DNA from: Hypanus sabinus
Lineage: Eukaryota
DNA length: 64,000 bases
Reading direction: 5' to 3'
NCBI RefSeq assembly: GCF_030144855.1
Contig: NC_082731.1
Span: forward strand, 26,908,001 to 26,972,000
Part shown: positions 57,291 through 64,000 of the stretch, one piece after another
Layout: each line of letters opens with the position of its first letter
Position numbering within the stretch: position 1 is the first letter of the stretch
Translations under genes and position numbers: made by a program
Notes under the pieces: model-generated
Database searches by the model: none
Told to the model about the DNA's origin: nothing
Seen by the model: only the letters and a program-made list of their open reading frames with translations

Positions 57291-60200
57291 AGTCTCTTCT
57301 CGGCAGCCCATGGAGTAAGACGCAAGTTGGCGCTACTCTTTCCTTTTACAACTTACTTTCCACTGCTAGTTTTGTTTAAACTTTGAAGATTTATTACTTT
57401 TGTGAAGGATTTACTATTTAATTACGATGGCTGGAACCCAAAGTGGTTTCAAATTAAGAGGTGGCAAAATGGTTTTGAAAGCTGAACAAACTAAGGAGGC
57501 AGAGGAAGTCTCTACTTCAGAAAGAATGTTTTCTTTGATGCAAGATATTAAAACCAGGATCGGAATGGTGGACACTAAGATTGATAAACTGACGAATGGT
57601 AATGAAAAGCTTGAAATAACCGTCTATGCTGTCCAGGAATCTTTGCGGAATCTGGAATTTCAATATCAGACACTTAAAAAGGATACTCGTAGAATCGAAA
57701 GAGAACAGGAGACAGTGAATCAAGTGATTAAAGAACAAGAATTAAAGATATCATATGGAAAAGAAAATTGTTGAGGTTTCTTCAGAATTATTGAAAGTTA
57801 AGAAGAAAACAATTGATCTGGAAAGCAAAAGTCATAGGATGAATTTACGCATACTGGGTTTGTCTGAAAACTTGGAAACTGGTGACCCATTAAAGTTTTT
57901 ATGAATATGCTCTACTCACTTTTTAGTGAGATACTTGAAGCTCCTCTGATGATAGAGCTCACCAAATCATCTGCCTGAAGCCTTCGGTGGAGATGAAATG
58001 TTGCCCAGTGATTTTATGTTTGCATTACTTTGCTACTAAAGAAGGAATTCTTCAAGCTACTAGGAAGCAGGGAAAGCTAATTTATAGTGGAGTAGAGATT
58101 CATATAGTTGAAGATTTTGCCAGAGAGGTTTATACGGAAAGATTTAAATATCGGGAAGCCATGGCTGAACTTTATAAGATGAACTGTCGTCCCAAAACGG
58201 TTTGACTCCCCAGAAGAGGCTTGGAAATTTATAAAGGAGTTTAAGCCTGTCTTGCACGCAACTTAAACACTTAATCCTTAGCTGGGAGTCGTTTTTAGCC
58301 GGATCGTTGAAAGCTCAATCTACGTTTTATGTCTGCCCAGACATAGTTCTGGCTGTTTTATTTTTTCCTTTAGGATTTGTAAGAGTTTAACACTAGTGAT
58401 AACATATTATTTGGTATGTTCTATCTTTTTTGAATATATGATCAAATTTTATTAAATGAATTTCAGATGTCCGCTGTTAACTATGTTCTAACCTCTGTTA
58501 AGACATAATATCAAAATATTTGGATTTTTAAAATTTCTTTATGTGTCTGTTGTGTCTATAGTCAGCGGTGTTAGTGTATAACTTTTTAAAAAGGAGTTGA
58601 CCTATTGGAGACAGGGGTTTAGGGATTTAGGGATTTAAGTTGAGCATGCTGTCCACCTACTGGATGGTTTTCGTGCTTTGGCGGGAGAGTGGTGGTGCTA
58701 ATAGTTTAGGCTTTTTCAACTGGGCAGTCCTGAGTGGTTTTCCTGCTAATCATTTTGTGTTTTGTTCTCTCTGATCGAATCCATAATTTGTACTTCCCTG
58801 CGGGTTTGGTCTGTGCTGGCGCACTAACTTATTTTATAAAATCTTAAATAAAACCCTTATTATGGATTTAATAAAATTAATATAATCTTTTGGAACCTGA
58901 ATGGCTTGAACCAACCTATTAAGCGTAGCAAGATCTTCAAGAAATTAAAAACACTCCAAGCTGATATTATTTTTGTGCAAGAGACACATCTCTGTAGGGA
59001 GGATGAAAACCATTTCTTTTTAATTTTGGAGGGGCTCTCAATTTCATTCTTCATCAGTAACTAAAATTAGAGTGGTATCTATTTTTATTAATTTTAAAAT
59101 CCCTTGGATGGATTTAGAGTAGAATGTTTTGACGTTTACCAAATTTTCACTGATTATATATTCTCTGGGGCCCTCCCAAAAACTTTTTATGAGTCATCAA
59201 TTTCATTAATTCCTAAAAAAGGAAAAAAATTATCTGAATGTGCCTCTTACTGAGCAATTTCCTTATTAAATGCAGATTCCACAATTCTTTCTAAGATCTT
59301 GGTTAACAGGCTCGAGAATTTTTAACTTATGTTATTTCTAAGGATCAAACTGGATTTATTAAGAATAGATATTCATATTTTAATATTTGGAGATTATTGA
59401 ACAATATTAATTCCTCTCCATCTAAAGAATCTGAATGTGTTGTTTCCCTTGATGCAGAGAAAGCCTTTGATAGGGTAGAATGGTCTTATTCATTCGAAGT
59501 TTTAGAAAGAGTTAATTTTGGTCCAGGTTTTATTTCCTGGATTAAGCTGATCTATCAAGCTGCTATGGTAGCAGTTATAACTAGCAATCAAAAATCTCCT
59601 TATTTTAGGCTTCTCCAGAGATACCTGGCAGGGTTGTCCTGTTAGTCCGCTGTTATTCAACCTGGCTTTAGAACCTCTTGCTATTGCTCTTCGGGGCTCC
59701 AATAAAGTTCAAGGTATTAGGAAAGGAGATAAAGTGCATAAGGTTTTGTCATATGCAGATGACTTGTTAGTTTATATTTCAGATCCTAAGAAATCTATTC
59801 CTTCTGTTATCTATATTTTCTGAACTTAGTAGTTTCTCTGGATATAAATTACATTTGCACAAATGTGAGTTATTTCCTATTAATAACTACATCGATCAAT
59901 ATGATCAAATTCTTTTTATCATTGCTAAAAATAACTTCACTTATCTTGGTATTGAAATTACCAAAAATTTTAAGGACCAGTATACATATAACTTTCTGCC
60001 ATTAATTGAATACACAAAACGAACACTTTTAAATGGTCTCCTATGACATTATCATTAATTGGTCGAATTAATGCTATTAAAATGATAGTGTTACCGAACT
60101 TCTTATATGTATTCCAAGCAATCCCTTCCTTTGTTCCTAAACTGTTTTTTCACAGAATAGACTCTAACATTTTATCTTATATTTAGAATAATAAAAATCC

Positions 60201-61793
60201 TAGATTGAGTAAACCTCTATTGCAGAAATTTAAAAAGCATGTTGGTATAGCTTTGTCAAATTTTAGTATGTATTACTGGGCAATTAATATTTGATATATT
60301 TCATTTTGGGTTCATTATTCAGATATTCATGACTATCCTTTATGGGTGGATTTGGAGAAAGACTCGTTGATGGGGTATTCTTTGGCCTCTTTACTGGGAG
60401 CTCCTCTTCCATTTTTGCTTTCTAAGATTGGTAGTTGAGACCTCAATCCCATTATCAAACATACATTAAGAATTTATTTCACATTCGTACCTTTCTTGAG
60501 TTTAGGGTAGTTGTTTAATAACTTTGTTCCATCTAGGAGAATCCATCTTAATTATTTTTTAAGCCATCAATTTCTGATCAGACATTTTTAATTTGGAAAA
60601 CTAAAGGAATAATAACTTTTTTAGACTTGTTTATGGGGGATTGTTTAATGTCTTTCACTCAGGTAGTGGACAAATATGACTTAACTAATGCACACTTTTT
60701 TAGATCTTCACAGATTAGGAATTCTTTTTACGTAGCTTACTTCCAAATTCTCCCTCTGCTTATTCACCCAATATGATAGTTACTCTTTTTTAGGTTAAAC
60801 CATTTCAAAAAGGAATGATAGCTATAATTTATAAATGTTTATTGAATTTGCGAAAGGGATCGAATGATAAAATTAAAGGAGCATGGGAATTGGAATTTTG
60901 ATAATCAATGGGATAAACTTTTTCATTTGGTAAATACTTCATCTATTTATGCCCGTCATTCCCTGATAGAATTCAAGGTAGTACATCGGGCACATAAGTC
61001 AAAGGATAAATTAGCCCGTATCTTTCCCAATATTAATCCTATTTGCGACAGATGTAATATTGAGCTGGCTACTTTAACTCGTATGTTTTGGTATTGTATC
61101 AAGATAGATAATTTTTGGAAAGATGTCTTTAAAACTTTATCAAAAGTCTTGAATTTGGACCTACAATAGAATTTATTTATTTAATTTTTGGGATCACTCT
61201 ACCAGAAGCAGGATATATTCCTGTTTTCACTCAACGGATGATAGCTTTTAGAAATTTATTAGCGAGGAGAGCCATTTTGCTTAAATGGAAGGACTCCAAT
61301 CCACCTACTTTTCTTTATTGGCTTACCTCCATTATCTCCTGTCTAAATTTAGAGAAGATAAGAAGTTGGACATTTGATACATCCTTTAAATTTGAAGAAA
61401 CCTGGTGACATTTGTTCAATATTTTCATATGGTTTGATTTATTGCTCTTACAGTTAGCTCCTCAAAACTTTCTATTTGATCAGAAAGTTTCTCTTTTTTC
61501 TTGCTTTTAATCTCAGTATGGGCTGCCCAGTCCCTTCTTTTTGTTTAGTGGTTTTTTTCATTGTGTATATAAAAATTATAAAAGTTCTTTATCTTTTTAT
61601 TTCTTTTCATGGAATGATAAGAGGAGAATTGATTATCTTATTTTTATTATATACTAGTAGATTAATATTAAGTATGATCTTGATAATATTTATTTTTCCT
61701 TTTATATGAATTGGCATCGATATAGATATTTGAGATTGTGTGTGTGTGTGTGTGTGTACTTTTAATTAATAAAAAAAAGATTGATAAAGAGAA
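57291..61793 (+). mobile_element. L1 with both ends, ORF1 and ORF2 decayed, internal deletion in ORF2
   Basis: 15-bp TSD GGAAGAATTTCTCAG at 57276-57290 and 61794-61808. Coiled-coil ORF1 from 57427; ORF2 start at ~58861 (WNLNGLNQPIKR...QETHL); APE jumps to RT near 59100; AATAAA tail. Confidence 0.92.
61737..61757. repeat. (TG)n microsatellite in the L1 3' UTR
   Basis: Direct observation. Confidence 0.9.
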
Positions 61794-62639
61794 GGAAGAA
61801 TTTCTCAGCATCCTGTGAATCACACCAGAGCCAGATATTGATGGAATGTTTCATAATCAATGTCTCAATCCCATGTTTCAACATATTAACCCAATTCTCC
61901 ACACTCCATCCTATAAAACTCTGGGTACAGTAGCTTCTCCATTGCACACACAATCTCCCTTCAATGTCCCAGATGAAAGTCAGCACCTCTGTCCCTTGGT
62001 GCCCTGGAAAAGGACAGAACTCACTGTCGAGTCCAAAGCCTTTGGTCTTCCCAGTGTTTAGCTGAAGGAAACTTTGTGCGTCCTGCAGTAATGCCCATCA
62101 GAGAGTGTGGAGGTATTGGTACAACTACAGGTGACACAGAACTTGATATCAACAATGTGAATGTTTTAATGTGATGTGAGCAAGAGAGCATTTTGAGAAA
62201 ATATGCTATTGCAGGAAAATACAACAGATACTGGGGTAAAACACTCCAGGAGTAGAAAACATAAACAGGTACTAGATTAATGCAAACCAAGAGACAACAG
62301 AATGGATTCCCCATGTCCATAACCTGGAGTGCATGCGTCAGCACGACTGATCAATACAACTATTGACAGAGTCATTCCCAATGCCTTATCTGAAGGAATT
62401 CTATCACAGCAGCAACTTATCGATGAAATTCCATGGAGACAATTGAATACAATATCATGACGTAACTACATAAACTAATAAACAGTAAAACAAGTGCGAA
62501 ATATTATTAACACTAAATTAATTTCATTGCAATTTAATTAAAAATCAATCCCAATCCCGTGGGATCGATCTTAAAAACAATACAGTGATGTATTTGTCAT
62601 GATACAACATAACTATGGATGACTTTTAGTTATTCATTC

Positions 62640-62915
62640 GTGAGATGTGAGTATAAACAACATTTCTTTCCCATCCCAGCTGCTCTCAAACCGGGTGGAT
62701 TACTGAGCCATTTCACAGTGCAGTTACAGATCATTTACATTACTGTGGGCCTGGAGACATATACAGGCCAGACCAGGTAAAGTCAGCAGATTCCCTTCCC
62801 TGAAACACATCAGTCATGCGTTTATACACCAATCCATTTCTCAAAGCCACAGTTACATGTTTAATGAACTGACTTTAAACCTCCCAGCTCCCATGTTGTG
62901 ATCTGAACTCGCGTA
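62640..62915 (-). mobile_element. Old SINE-like repeat
   Basis: Resembles, from memory, an abundant elasmobranch SINE core (AGGCCAGACCAGGTAA...AGATT.CCTTCCCT); B-box-like GTTCAGATC on the minus strand near 62900. Not verified. Confidence 0.45.
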
Positions 62916-63063
62916 TGAACATCACACACTCAGCTTCATGATTCCATTCTCAGTAACTGTCACTCACTCAATGCCATATCTGTTGTTCAGCAACCAGACT
63001 CACGCCCACTCTCAGATTTTAGCCAACTACAAAGGCAGGATGTGCAACAACTGAGGATCCTAC

Positions 63064-63138
63064 CTTGCCTCTGGCCTCTGCTCCTCTCTGGGAATGTCGG
63101 TTCACATCCCTGGCCTGCCTCTCCTTCTTTCCCGCCAT
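63064..63138 (-). CDS. Candidate first coding exon, MAGKKERQARDVNRHSQRGAEARGK
   Basis: ATGG start, upstream in-frame TAA, phase-0 donor AAG/GTAGGA, located in non-repeat sequence. No homology recognised. Confidence 0.35.
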
Positions 63139-63839
63139 GAGAACGTGCTGCCAGTCCTCCAGTATATTTTACACTCTTCACTGCTCACAGCAACAGCTTT
63201 GTCTTCTGCTTCCTGTTTATGTCTCTGCCTCTCTCTCTCTGTGTCAGCTAAGGGCTTTGACAGCTTGTTTGTGCACAGTGCAGGCAGCTTGTCACAGCCA
63301 GCTTCTGACCTTGTGTACTGTGCGGTGGGAGGGAGAAATGAGGCAGCAAATTGAAGGTCTGAAAAGTCTGAAATGAGCTTAGAGAAGGAGGAAAGAGAGA
63401 GAGAGAAAGTTCAGGTTGAGATAGAGAAGCAAGGAAGGGAATGGAGGGAGAGAGCACAGAGTAAAAGGGACAGACCCTTCAAGACCAGTGTACTAGGCTG
63501 ATGCACAAATACAAGCCATATTCCTCATTGTGTTTTGGCACTGGGAATCTCCCCCATTATGTGAATGTGTGTGTCTCCAAAACCATATCTGATTATATTT
63601 TCACACAACACTGAATAAGGGGGCATTTCCCTGGAGACGGACTGAGAATTGTTCCTTTGAATTTTATCCTGGGGCTTTCTCTAATGATTGTTGATACCTG
63701 GAAGAAGCAGTCCTCTCATTGATGTGAATCAATCCCATATTCCCGAGTATTAGATGGCAGGTGACACCAAAATAGATGGTATTGTAGGAAGTGGACATAT
63801 TGTACATTGCTGTGACCTTGCACATGGAGCAGGGACACA

Positions 63840-64000
63840 TATAAAATGCTGGTGGAACGCAGCAGGCCAGACAGCATCTATAGGAAGAAGTACAGTCAAC
63901 GTTTCTGGCTGAAACTCTTCGTGAGTCCTGACGAAGGGTCTCGGCCCAAAACGTCGACTGTACTTCTAACTACAGATGCTGCCTGGCCTGCTGCATTCCA
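63840..64000. mobile_element. Penelope-derived palindromic element with minimal hammerhead motifs on both arms
   Basis: Arms ~63851-63924 and 63928-64000 are imperfect inverted repeats; AGTC-CTGACGA-AGGGTCTCGGCCC-AAAAC-GTC-GACT. Confidence 0.8.

Noticed and set aside
1-64000. CRISPR arrays, rRNA/tRNA genes, prokaryotic operons or defence systems
   Set aside because: None seen. The sequence is vertebrate and TE-dominated; the only tRNA-related signals are a degenerate PBS and a SINE-like B box.

Overview
Vertebrate non-genic DNA, almost entirely retroelement-derived. The mix of repeat families (SGNH-ORF1 CR1 LINEs, fish-type L1, Rex1/Babar, palindromic Penelope-derived short elements) points to a cartilaginous fish, probably a ray or shark; this is an inference. 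No rRNA, tRNA, CRISPR or confidently identifiable host gene was seen. Most short ORFs in the track are decayed LINE/LTR fragments or their antisense shadows. Main structure: (1) One long intact CDS, a 1689-codon Ty3/Gypsy gag-pol frame (19485-24554). It belongs to an element inserted with a 4-bp TSD near the start of an L1 ORF2. The element has lost its 5' LTR and capsid core, carries a dUTPase-like insert, and ends in an uncharged hydrophobic C-terminal segment. (2) An older related Gypsy with PNMA-like gag (37610-46689) containing nested CR1, chromovirus-like and L1 insertions, most with readable TSDs. (3) Under the TE load, an old segmental repeat present in three copies (~1-2400, ~7590-12810, ~47580-57290). 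One copy keeps a five-CCAAT-box, CpG-containing promoter-like region; its paralog has a substitution in every box. (4) Penelope-type palindromes with minimal hammerhead ribozyme cores. (5) A candidate 25-codon first exon on the minus strand near 63.1 kb. Boundaries without a stated TSD are approximate, and family names rest on recognised motifs, not database searches.
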